Assembly: GCA_047495785.1 (NCBI GenBank)
Contig: JBLDXI010000011.1
Span: 124,001-188,000, forward strand
DNA from: Lepidodermella squamata
Taxonomy: Eukaryota; Animalia; Gastrotricha
Direction of reading: 5' to 3'
Length of the DNA stretch: 64,000 bases
Part shown: one piece after another, positions 11,901 through 23,900 of the stretch
How the letters are laid out: each line of letters starts with the position of its first letter
How positions within the stretch are numbered: the stretch's first letter is position 1
Made by a program: the position numbers and the translations under genes
The notes under the pieces: generated by a model
Told to the model about the DNA's origin: nothing
Databases searched by the model: none
Seen by the model: only the letters and a program-made list of their open reading frames with translations

Positions 11901-14900
11901 CAGCAGCCCGGTAATGCTCGTTCAACGGCCAGTAGCCCACAACATATTCAATCAGGTAGACGTCCTTGATTGGCTCTAAGGGTGATAATGATTTAATTAG
12001 TAAGTACAGCAATATTACTGTTTTTCTCGTGATACTCACGGGTGAACTTGCAGTTGGTGGTGCAAGAGCCGAGATTGCCGTCGCACTGCTCGCCGGCCTC
12101 GAGGCGGCCGTTGCCGCAGGTCGGACGGGCGTAGAAGGGCATCTCGCAAAAGAAGCTGTAATAAGAAGGTGCAAACGGGCCAGCCCACTGCCACACGAGG
12201 CCCCTAGTGATTTGTGCGACAGCCATCACGATATTGGTACCCGTATTGGCGTTAGCAGGGTCGTACTGGTACAGCGGCTGTTGCCAATTTTGATAGACAA
12301 GACTCGCGTTGCCGCTCAAAACCGGCGAGTCGTACTGCCCAAGGTAGATCTTGTGTGTCTGGCTGGACGAAGTTCGAAATCCAGCGTAGCCTAGTGAGAA
12401 AACTTCATAAATATCACTATTTGGAATTTACTTAGTATCATTACCAAGGTAGATGGTATCATTGCGTTGGAGTATCAGAGGCCTGTAGACGTAGAACAAC
12501 CACGCTTCGTGAGCTGCACTGCGCGGAATCGCTATGGTTGCACCTCGTCTGCGGCAGTAGCGCCACGCAAAAAGGCCGGTTCGCGTGTCATAGCCGTAAG
12601 GCTCGTACCAGTAACAGTAGCCGTTGTATGGGATCCAATCAACGGGACAGGCTAAGAAAAAGCAATTAGACAATCAATATCACTATGTAGTTTTAAAAAA
12701 ATTGGACAGAAATGAAAACATAGCTAATCAGGAATGTCCCGCTCAAGAATATCTCTGTGGATTCCCATGAAATTCAAAAAGGGCATATATTCGGCATTCG
12801 GCAAGATTTTCCGTAGGAGGTTAGATGCAGTTATCGAAAAAATCATTCAAAAATCATTCCCAATGCTGTTTTACGAGGTTTTCGGGCTACAAAACTTACA
12901 GCTGTATCTTCTGCAGGCGTTCATCATAGTCGCACCGACTACATTGGCGCGGTAGAGCGAGAAACAGGCGATAGATCCAACAATTCCAGGGGTGTACCAC
13001 GAGCCCGGCTGCCAGCCCAGTGTGACTAGGTCTCGACTATTGCCGCCACCAGCTATCGGCACGGGTTGGCCAGTGACTGTGAAGGTCGACGTCCAATCGG
13101 ACGTGGCAGACGATGCGTAGTAAATGGCACATCGCCGAGTCGCTGGTTGCCAAGAGTACGAGACGTAGCTAGGTTTTCTCACGTCGAAATTGTAAGTCAT
13201 GATTTGCACGGAGCCGTCTACATTGCGGAATCGCAGTCTCAATGTGGCCGAAGTATTTAGTGGCAGTGGCCCCGTGCCATTGTTCGTTTCGTTGAGAGGA
13301 ACCGGCGATATGAGGGGCAAAGCAGTGGCAGCTGGGCGCCTGGTCGTCGAAGCGTCTCGCTTTCTACGCCCTGTCCCGCTTAGATTAGGAACTATTTGGT
13401 AGCTTATCGAAACGAAGCCTCCAACGTTCACCCTATACATTTATAACAGAATTATTTAAAGAAAAAGAAACCCCGATTTTTACCCACAATGTATGGGCTG
13501 TAGCGTTATCCAATTGCGTGATTTGAAACTGAAACCCGAAAGAAAACGGCGCATTAGGACTGAAGTCGTAGTTGGGCCAAAGGGCCGTGGGAATAAGGCG
13601 AATCGATGTCCATTGGCTGAACTGGGCCGTCTCGGCATTCAGCACCCACCGCTGCTTTCTCACTGCAGTGTCGTGGAGCCCATTGAACGCGTACGTCACG
13701 TTGCCGTAGACCAGTTCGCCAGAGCCCCGCTCGTAACCAACATCTTCCAGTCGATACTGGGATGTAAGGGGCCAAATCCCGACGAGATCCTTCCCAGATG
13801 GGAACTTGTTGATATTGCGACCCTCGAGGCGGCACTTGGGCGAGCACCCATCGCCCGACATGGAATTTCCGTCATCGCACTCTTCGAAGTCTGCCCGAAC
13901 GCCGTCACCGCACGATTCGGCGCTGGACCCAACCATACGTTCGCAGGAGGCTTTGAAGTTTCGCATATTAGTCAAGCCTACCGTCAAGTTGTACAAGGCG
14001 GCGCAAGCGACAGGGCCCATCAAGCCTCGGCCAATTCGCAGCGTCATATCAGCCATACTGCCTACCACATTCACCTGAAATACGTTGCAAAGCTTCATTG
14101 CTGAAATGATTAATTTCGCTTAAACAACATAGACTTCTCGAGTATAGTTGGGCTATAAATTATAAATGATCTTTTCAGTTTTATATCGTCTGCTCCGATG
14201 GAAAACTCTGATTAAATGTTGTTTAGGCCATGTTTATGATTTGATTTAAAAATGATGTCGCCCCCTGCTTCAACTGATTTAGAGTATTGTAGACTCTCGA
14301 AATTTCCCCTGTTACTTAACATGCGAACTCACATTTGCCTTGAATTCGCCTGTTTTCCAAAGTGTGGAGCAATTCCACTACTTTTAGAATCATTATGCAA
14401 AAACAAAACTTGAAATGTGAAAGAATCCCTGAGAAATGTCCCCCCTAATACTCTTAGTTTATTCTATTATTCCGATATTTTCAGGCTCGAATTTCTTTCT
14501 TTGCTAATGATATCTCTGAATGAAACAACGCAGCGAGAGAGTACTAAGTCCGAGTTGCGCGAAAATTAAGTAATATAATTCGAATCATAAAATATCGGAA
14601 AATCAAAATAAAATAGTTACCTGACAACTTTTATATCGTTGGATAGAGAAAATTCTCAATATGGATAAATTATTTTTCTTAAATTTTTCAAAAATTGTCC
14701 GCATGAGCAACCGTGGCAGAAGAATGGCAAATTTGCCAAAAATCAGCAAAAAGAACTGTTTTCAACAATTTCTAGACCAGAAAATTAATCCTGCGAGCCT
14801 ACAAGATGTACCTGGGCTTATCGATAGACCGTGAAATCTAGTATTCATTATTCATCCGCCGAAAATAAAAAAATTTGAGAAATGAGTCTGTCGATTTTTG

Positions 14901-17900
14901 AAACTAAAATTATATCGAATTTTGAAACTAAAATTGGAACTAAAATTATATTGGGCAGATTTATTCGATTTATTGGGTGGCATAAAAAGTGGTCTTTGCA
15001 AATTCAGCTCGAATAAATTCACAATAGGAAGATCGTTTGCGTCCTATCTGTTACAGTGTTGTCTATGTCTTCACATATCACATGGTATTAACATGGACAA
15101 TGTTATCTTATGTTAACTTTAAGCTGACGTAAAAATCTTGAATACAAGCTTAATACAAGTTTAACGACGAAGGGAAAGAAGGGAAAATTTGGTTTTGACA
15201 TCAAAGCGCTTGCATTTCAAAATGTTGTGAGCTGTCTACAGTTTTATACCTTTCCGCCGAATTGGTTCAGCGCTGGGTCATCCGAGATGATGTTGACGTC
15301 GGTTGCATTGGCCACGAATGCAAAAACCTGCCATTTATTGACCAGTGTCTGCCTGACGCTACCGCTTCCACTTCCGAAAGTAAATCCATAATGGACTGAG
15401 TCCCAAGTCCAAACGTGCTGCAATTGGAACTGCTTTGTAGTTTGTTCATTGGCAATGTACACCATCCAGTTGTCTGCGAAGTAGAAGCATCTGAAAGGAA
15501 CAACGTAGGGTAACAACAATTACGGATTCACGTCAATCATACAATTGTCCGCTAAAAGTCGACACGTTATTCGCATCCTCACGCGGTGCAAGTTCGAAAA
15601 AGCACGGAATATGAGGGTTGTACCAGTCCTGGGCCGCATCTACAGTGCCGACTTTTGCATAGATCAAAAACGAGAACGGCAAGCCCAAGTTGTAACCGCT
15701 CAATACGTTCGACATGTCGTGGAAATTGCTAAACAAATAAAAACATTACGGAAAACCAAGGACATGGGCTGTTTTACTAGTTGGAGAAGTAGGCAACTCT
15801 AGCTGATAGCGACCATGGGACTGACGTGAAGGTGGGTGTACCAACGAAACCGCCATGCCTCTCGTTGCCGCTGACATCAGGCTGGAGGATTCGGTCCTCG
15901 GAGTAGACCCAAAAGCCGACCGCATCTTCTGCCTTCCGGTAATCCTTCAACAAATCGGAGCGGTACAACTGCGCCTGGCTCGCGTAGTACTCATTGCTGG
16001 GCAGCAGCAGCCCGCCGATATCATCCAACTCATCTTGCGTTTCAACGTACAACGGCGAGGCTGGTTCGGGCGAGGCGGTGGCACACAGCGAGTAGGCATC
16101 GTTCCAGTAGTTAACAGCTCGCTCGCTCACGTAGTAGCAGTTACCGCGCCATTTCACGAAGCCAGCCGGGCAGCAGTTCGCCGATTCGGTTATGCACAAA
16201 TCCGAACAGCCGTCTAACGATTGCGTATTGCCATCATCGCACTCTTCGCCCAGCTCAACGATGCCATTTCCGCATTGGCCAGTGAACCCTCGAGTGCCCA
16301 ATGTTGAGTAGTCGGTGCAAACAACTCGTAGGGCTGTCATATCAGCATCATCGATTATGGCCGAGTATATAGCTAGGCATGTCGCGGTGTTAGGGTAGAC
16401 ACTAATGGGACCTGCGATCACCAACGGCAACTGAACGCGTTCGAAGAAGCTGAAGTTCGCTAGCTGATTGTTGATGTAGAGTCGAGCGAGAGAGTTGGTC
16501 AGATTAAAGGTAAGAGCGACATTTATTGGCATCGGAAATGTCGCAATATTTCCACCAAGTTGCTGAGCTTCGAACCAAATCTGAAAAACAGCCCTAAACC
16601 TTTTACAGCATTTTCACAGGTTGGCTTTTTATTAGAGCCGGATGTAGTATATTTTTAGATTAAACTTGATGATTGAATTTTGATCTTTGATCTAAGCAAT
16701 GAGAAGGTCCCAAACTATGAAAGTAATTTGATTATTTTTTTAATTTGAAGCCATGAAACGTCAAAAGTCCATTCCATGCACCCATTTTCCCGTTTTCAGC
16801 CTGAAAAAAATCGCCCATTTCCCGGAATTTTCTTGATTAGTCGAAAATTTGTTCTCATTTAGAGAAAGGATACGTCGAATTCGACAACAATTCGACTCAC
16901 ATCTCGCTGCATGCTGAAAAGGATGCTCGTTCTGCTGTAATTGATTGCCAGCGAAATTTCCGAACCAATCGTCATCAATCGCGAAAAGCCATAGCTAGTA
17001 GCTGGCAATGTTGATGTATCGAGTGTGATTGTGATGCTCAGTGCGTTCGTTGTGTCGAATAAATCACGAGGCAGATCTTTACTCACGTATAGGGTGTCAT
17101 TCGGCGGCGATTTCACCCATTCCATTTCGTTGCGAGATCGATCGCTAGCCCCCAACACGCCAGCGAATGGCCAATACGCGATAAGAGATTCAACTCGAGG
17201 AAACACGGCTGTGAGAAATATTGAAGACAGTTCAGGATTGAAAATAATTCAACTTACAATAGACGGTATTTTGAGGTCGCGACTCGTCTAGGGGCTGGCC
17301 GAGCGCTGAGCAGTTCACAGCTCGGAGGCCGGTTACCACGCCCGATGCGTCGATGGCAACACATGCACCAGAACTCGTGATCGCTGGCTCGCCAACTAGC
17401 CAGAACGATTCATCGACCAGCGCCCCTGAATCAGCCCAAAAGAAGTCGCCCCTGTCCGCATCGTAGGCAGCTCCAACCCAGAAGTACCGACGACTCACCA
17501 ACTCAGGCGATGCGAGCAGTTTCAGAGCATCAGCTATCGTCGCCAGGCTATCAGGGTCCGAAAGGTGGGCAAGATTCCGATTTGCAGCCTGCGATCCTGT
17601 TACAGCACTGCTCGCGAATGAGTAACACACCCCGCCGAGGCTGAGTGCAGTCGAACCGCACTCTGTTGTGTTGGCCGTAGATGCGAGCATGCAAGCGTCG
17701 ACGCAGCGATCCATGCCAGCCCACGTTCCGTCAACCTGACATGTGATTGGCGTCGATGATGTGCCGGTTGTGAAGAACACCCAATTGGGGTTCGAACACT
17801 GGATGTTGGCCGTCGCGCCCGGGTAGTACGCAGGTTCTTTGCACTCGAAGTACATGCGAAGTTGGGTTTGAAGGGTGACAGTTGGCACAGGGCACAGCGG

Positions 17901-20900
17901 CACTATGAAACGTAGATAATGTTAAGCGTTCAAAATCCAGTAATAGCTCAACTAACAATACGAAGCTGGTTTCGCAGCTGCCGATACGTTCAGTTTGCGA
18001 ACAGTTGGACTTGAAGCCGCGATTTTGCACGCTGTCTGGTATCCCGAATTGCAATCGCCCATTTGTATCATTTGATTCGCGTCCAAGTACGTGCATCTGT
18101 CTGCGGTTGGAAGAGAGATGACATTTTTAGAGCTCAGTTGAGATGAGCTTAATTGGACCTACTTTCAACACATTGCGGCAAGTCGTTCCAGCCTGTCGAG
18201 TTCGTGCACTTGATCTGCTTTGTGTCTGCCATGTCGAGGAAGCGAAATCTGCTCTGGCAACGGATTGTTACAGGTGTCGCTGGGGAAATAATTGCATGGA
18301 ATTATCAGCAGACGGTTGGTTTATTATTATTATGCTTATTTCGAAAAATATACTTTCGTATAAAAATTTAGTACAAAAAGAAAATTCGTGGTTTCAAAAG
18401 GGCACGCAGGCCGCTAACTTTGAACCAATCCATTGAGGATGTGGGAGCTGGAAGCCGGGTGTGAGTATTCGCCAGAATTTATGTTACTGTATCAGGCCCA
18501 GTTAATGGCGAAGTTCCTTTTCCCCTGACATTTCATAAGGGAATACCTAAGTTGAAATGTGATCCATTGAATCATTTCCCTAAAACGTTCTGCAAAAAGG
18601 GGCAAGCTTACCGCTTACCCCTTAGAGGAGTGCGGCTGACAATCTGAAAAGCAATCCTAATTTGAGCCTGAGATATTTGGGAATATAAAGCAAGTCTGGT
18701 CTATTAGCTATTCTATCGATCGATCTATTATGGTCTATTAGCTATTAGCTAAAAAGTCTCAAACCCCTGGAGCAAATATGACAAAAATGCAAAATTTGAA
18801 TAATCGAAATTCTCAGCTTTCACTTACTAGATTAATATGAATCGCATCTGATCATACTTACGATTTTTCGATTGGTAGGTCTGAGTGGCACTCGGCCTCG
18901 CCCACGCGTTGTTCTGCAGAATCTCGTAGCCGCTGAGCAGCAATTGCCGCCCGCTGCACCGCGGCCCTCCCTGACTGGCAGTCGCGCGGTACGTCGAAGC
19001 GTCGTCAATGTGACAGCCAGGATTCAACGGGCGTTCGCACAGGAAGTAGCGGTTCTTGGCGCAGTTATCAGGGTACCACAGCCCATCGATCGAGTTCAGG
19101 TAGTAGCACTGGCCGGGCTGTGTTCCGGCGTCGGTAGACGGCGCCAGATTGCCGTACTTGGTGACATAAGTCACGTCTTCATCGGTGTAGAACCACATTG
19201 GCCGGGTCATGCGTTGTTCAACTAAAATCGGGGGAAACATGTAGAAAGTTTTAGCGAGCGAATTTAACACTTACTATCTGATATGTCACCGCCGGCCACC
19301 GAGCAAATCGAGTTGAAATAGGACGAGTTGAAAGTCGACAAGCAGTCGCGGTCGTCGGACATGAGCCATATGAGCCATGAGCCGTCGGATCGCAGGCCAA
19401 ACGAGGCAAAGTAGTTGCCCTTTGGCGCGGCGAAATTGCACCAGTCGAACACGCTCGAATTGGCGATGGCAGCGCCTACGAATGACGAATTATCGGGTGC
19501 GGAATTGTCATCGGCCCATAAGAAGCTGGCGACGCTGAGCGGCACCTGGCGATGTTGCACGGATGCGCCCTGGCCCTGGCCATTGTTAGTGTTGTTGCCG
19601 ACCTCACGAACGAATTTCGAATTGTCAGGCCACGCAGTAACACTCGGCGAAAGTCGCAGCAGTGATGCGAACAGATAAGGGTGTCCTTTGTCATTAGGAA
19701 TGTTCACTTTGGGGTAATAATCGTTGTTAAATACTAGGTAGGCGATTTGGCGTGATTGCTCCACCGTGTCGATCCGAAGCCAATTTGAGCTAGAGTCGTT
19801 ACAAGCCTGCGAAAGAGTGGCGTACTGCAGCCCTAAATTAACGGGCTGATAGCAACGCCCGAAGATGACAATGTAGTCCCGAGGGCAATCGATGTCTGCA
19901 AGAGCAACACATATAAATGTAATATTTGATTGCTCGAAACGTGCCAGGAAAACTGAGAACGCATGGGATACGATAATGTCTTCTTACATCCTACTCAACC
20001 ATCAACTATTGTTCATGGGACAGGGGACAGCGATGTAAACGGATATCGGGCTGTAGCGTGGAATTCCGCCATAGGCAGCCGCCATCCCCTCTGCGACACA
20101 ATTCCGGTCATGGCTTAGACCCATCCATGATGGAATCGAGTCAATGTGCATTCATGTGTGACATGCACGGCATGGACTGGTAAGCCATGGTGGACTGAGT
20201 CCTTATTGGTGTCAATTCCGCCAATTCATGCCAATGCACGAGTGAATTGACTCGATTCCACCTTGGATCTTGGATGGGTCTAAGCCATGACCGGAATCGT
20301 GTCGCAGAGGTGAAAATTGTGTGTGCAAGGTGTGATACCACGATGGCGGCAGCCCATGGCGGAATTCCATCCAAAAGTTGAGCAACTTATAGATCATTGT
20401 CTCTTTAGCTGAGGTTTTACGGCTAAGCATCAAACTGTTGACGCTATGAACAAAATTCAACAAAGTACGGTATCTGTGAAAGATGTAATAGTGCGTTCAC
20501 AAACTACTTCGGAGAGGCGTCCGAAGTTTTCGGCCTCCGAAGTTTCGTAATCGCTGCCCGAAGTTTAAATTTTCGTTCACAAACGCGCGCACTTCGGCCA
20601 GCGCGGCCGAAGTTTTAACAATAGGCGGTGCGCACGCACCGAACAAAGGACGCGCACAAACTTCGGTTCGGAGAGCCCCAAAACTCCGAACCGAAGTTTG
20701 AACACGTCCGAAGTTAATACGCAAGCACGCAAACACGCGCGCGCACACAGCCACTTGACCACACTGTACCAGGCGCCTCAAATTTGTCTTTCCGGTGATA
20801 TTTTCATTGACAATGCGATCCGTTTCATTAGCCAGTAAACAATTAAACAGCAATAGTGATAAGCATTTAGATACTAAGAAATTAATATTGCAGAAATGTT

Positions 20901-23900
20901 CGGTTTCTATGACGAATTTTTAAATCTAGAAATAGCGCGGCTCGTATGGAAAAAGTGGTTTTGATGAGAATGCGCGAGAATATTTTAGCAATTATTCTTC
21001 TTTACCACTTCTTTATCTACCTATGGACATAACATAATGAAACACCGCAAAAAAGTCACCCTAATTGGGGTGTCTTTTAGAATTCCAAATCGAGGCTTCT
21101 GGATTATATCCGTACCCAAAGATCACTCAAATTCATCTACCGAAAGCTTCATTTGAATTCATGCTTTCGGTAAAATAAAAAACTTTTCACTTTTCATTTT
21201 CATCGCGTGCCTAAAATGGTGCTGGAAAAAAAGACCTCAGCGATATAAACAAAAGCGTTGAGGCAGCTATCGAAAAAGCCTTTGGCCCTGTCATGGGCCG
21301 GCTAGATCAGCTACTCTCCCGTATCGATTTCCTCGAGACGAAAATCGAAAAACAGAGCGAAGTAATTCGCTCGCAAGAAAAACGTCTTTATCAGCTCGAA
21401 ATTCGGCTTAACGAGGCCGATGAACACCGGCTTCGCAATACTGTGATTCTTCACAACGTCGAGCCAGTTGCTGACGAAACGGCCACTGCTTTGGCCCAGC
21501 AAGTTGAGACTAAGTTCCCCGACCTGGCTGGTGCCGAATACGAATGTTACAGTTTCTCGAAAGTCACCGAAACTGGTTAAAGTTGTTGTCAAGGGTCAAA
21601 AAGCGGAACAGGTGGTTCGGAAAGTGCTGGCTGGTGGGTCGGCGAAAAAGTTACAGACGGCTTTCAGGCGCAAGGTTAACAAGGCTCTCTCGGCCAAAAT
21701 CCATGCTTTGGAGGCTCTACAAACCGGTGAAGGTAAACTGAAATTCAAAATTCGCCAAAATGGGTATCGCCTTGAAACCGATGATCACGGCTCGTTTCTG
21801 TACGACGGCAAAGCGGACCAATTCGTCTCGCTAGAAACGTCGCACTCAACAGCTGTAGGTACCTGCAGGTCTAACTTTGAACCCGTCTGACATTTGTGTA
21901 CTATTTTTTATCACTGTATATAGTCTTAACTGTAGAAGCGTTGCCAAAAATAATTTAGCTGCTTTAACAATTTTTTTTGCTACATGTAGCTTTGACATTA
22001 TTTGTCTATGTGAGACCTGGCTTCACCCAGGTATCACCAATGCTATGCTTGAAATTGGCGGTTATCGTGTTGCTGCCCGCCGGGATAGGCCGTCTCGTGC
22101 TGGTGGAGTTTGCATTCTCGTCAAAAATAACCTGAAGTTTTACAAAATTGATGATATTGATAATTGTTCTGAAATTGTTGCTATTAATGTTATCGCGTCC
22201 GCTAATCTGTCTTTCCGAATTGCTTGTTTATACCGCCCTCCTTACATAAATAATTCTTCTAGCTCTCACTCACCGGTTACCAGCGGGGTTCCTCAAGGCT
22301 CCGTCCTTGGTCCCTTACTCTTCCTTATCTACATTAATGATATCGTTTCTATTTTACCTGCCGGAGTTTCGATTAAACTCTTCGCCGATGATTGTAAGCT
22401 CTACATTAAATTCTGCTTTAATAACGCTATTTCTTCTTCTTCCAAATTATCATTAGCTCTCGATAAAATTTTTACTTGGATAAACGACTGGCAACTTAGC
22501 CTCTCTATCGACAAGTGTGGTGTCCTTCATCTGGGCCGTAACAATCCTCATTTTTCCTATTCTCTTGGTTCTCATCAACTTCCTACCTGTCACTCGTACA
22601 AGGACCTCGGTCTGATCATCGACGACGGTCTCACGTTTCGCCCTCATCTTAGCACTATTGTTACCAAAGCCTATAACTGCGTTAATGCTATTCTTAGAGC
22701 CTTTCATGGCCAGTCACCTTCCGTCCTCGCCTGGGCTTATCGCGTCTATTCTAGGCCTTTGCTTGAATACCTACCTTCTATTTGGTCGCCTTACAAAAAG
22801 TGCGACAAAGAACTTGTTGAAAATGAACAAAAATACTTTACCCGTCGTGCTTTGGGCTTCTCTTCTCATGATCCTAACCGCCCTTCTTATAAACAAAGGC
22901 TTTTAATCCTCAAACTAGACTCTTTAGAAAAGCGCCGAATCCTTTTAGATCTGTCTCTTCTGTACAAAATTTACTACAATGCAGTTGATTCGTCTATTTC
23001 TTCTTACATCGAACCCTTATCTACTAAAACTCGCGGTCATTGTCATCGTCTTAGATATCGTCGACCTGATGACCGTTATCGCAATGCTACCTCGCCTCTT
23101 TTCGCAAATTTTTTTCTCAATCGCGTTCTTCCCATTTGGAACGAATTACCGTCTCATATTTTTCCTTCTTCTGACAATTTTGATACTAATCTGACATATT
23201 TTAAATCAAAAATACGTAAACTTGATTTTTCTAAACACTGCACTCTTACTAACTAATTTTACTACTTCATGCTCTTCAAACCTACATTCTCCCTCTTCAG
23301 AACTGTTTTATATCAATACATTACCCGCTATACGGTTCAGAGTTAGTGGCCTGCGTGCCCTTCTGTTTCCTCGAATTTGTACCATCATATTTTTTTCATG
23401 AATATATTTTTCGAAATAAAATAATAATAATAATAATAATAATAAAGAATTAGTGTGATTTGTTTTCTGGTGAAGGATTGATAGACAAGTGGAACGGAAT
23501 CAGAATGCTCACATTTTGATATGGCAGCGCGCCAAAGCGCCGTGTTGGGCTCAATGACTGGTTCGGCCTGACACAGCCAAACCGAATTGCTGTAGCCGTT
23601 GGATGGGTACATGCCCAGAGGCCACATGTAGACCATAGAACCAGCTGCAGCTACAATTGCTGATTGCCTGTACCAAGACAGGTTCTTGGCTACGGCATCG
23701 TAAGCCATGCCATTTGCCCACGTGAAAAGCAACGGTGCGGTCGTGGCATTACGCACATCGAACGACGTGGCAGATCGCGTGAAAAGGCCAACCGGCACCG
23801 GATTCGTCGTGTAATTTCCCGCTATACTTTTGATGAACCGCTCTTGCGTCGTGTTCAGAGTAACAGGCAGTGTTCCACGGCTCATGGTCGCACAGACTTG

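Larger units (their letters stand above)
21150..23445 (+). mobile_element. CR1-clade non-LTR retrotransposon, internally deleted, antisense in a host intron (5' limit approximate)
   Basis: ORF1-like region, APE-RT ORF2 with CR1-type C-terminus (KTRGH, FFLNRVLPIWNELP), short 3' UTR, AATAAA and (TAA)n tail ending at 23445. No clear TSD. Confidence 0.88.
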
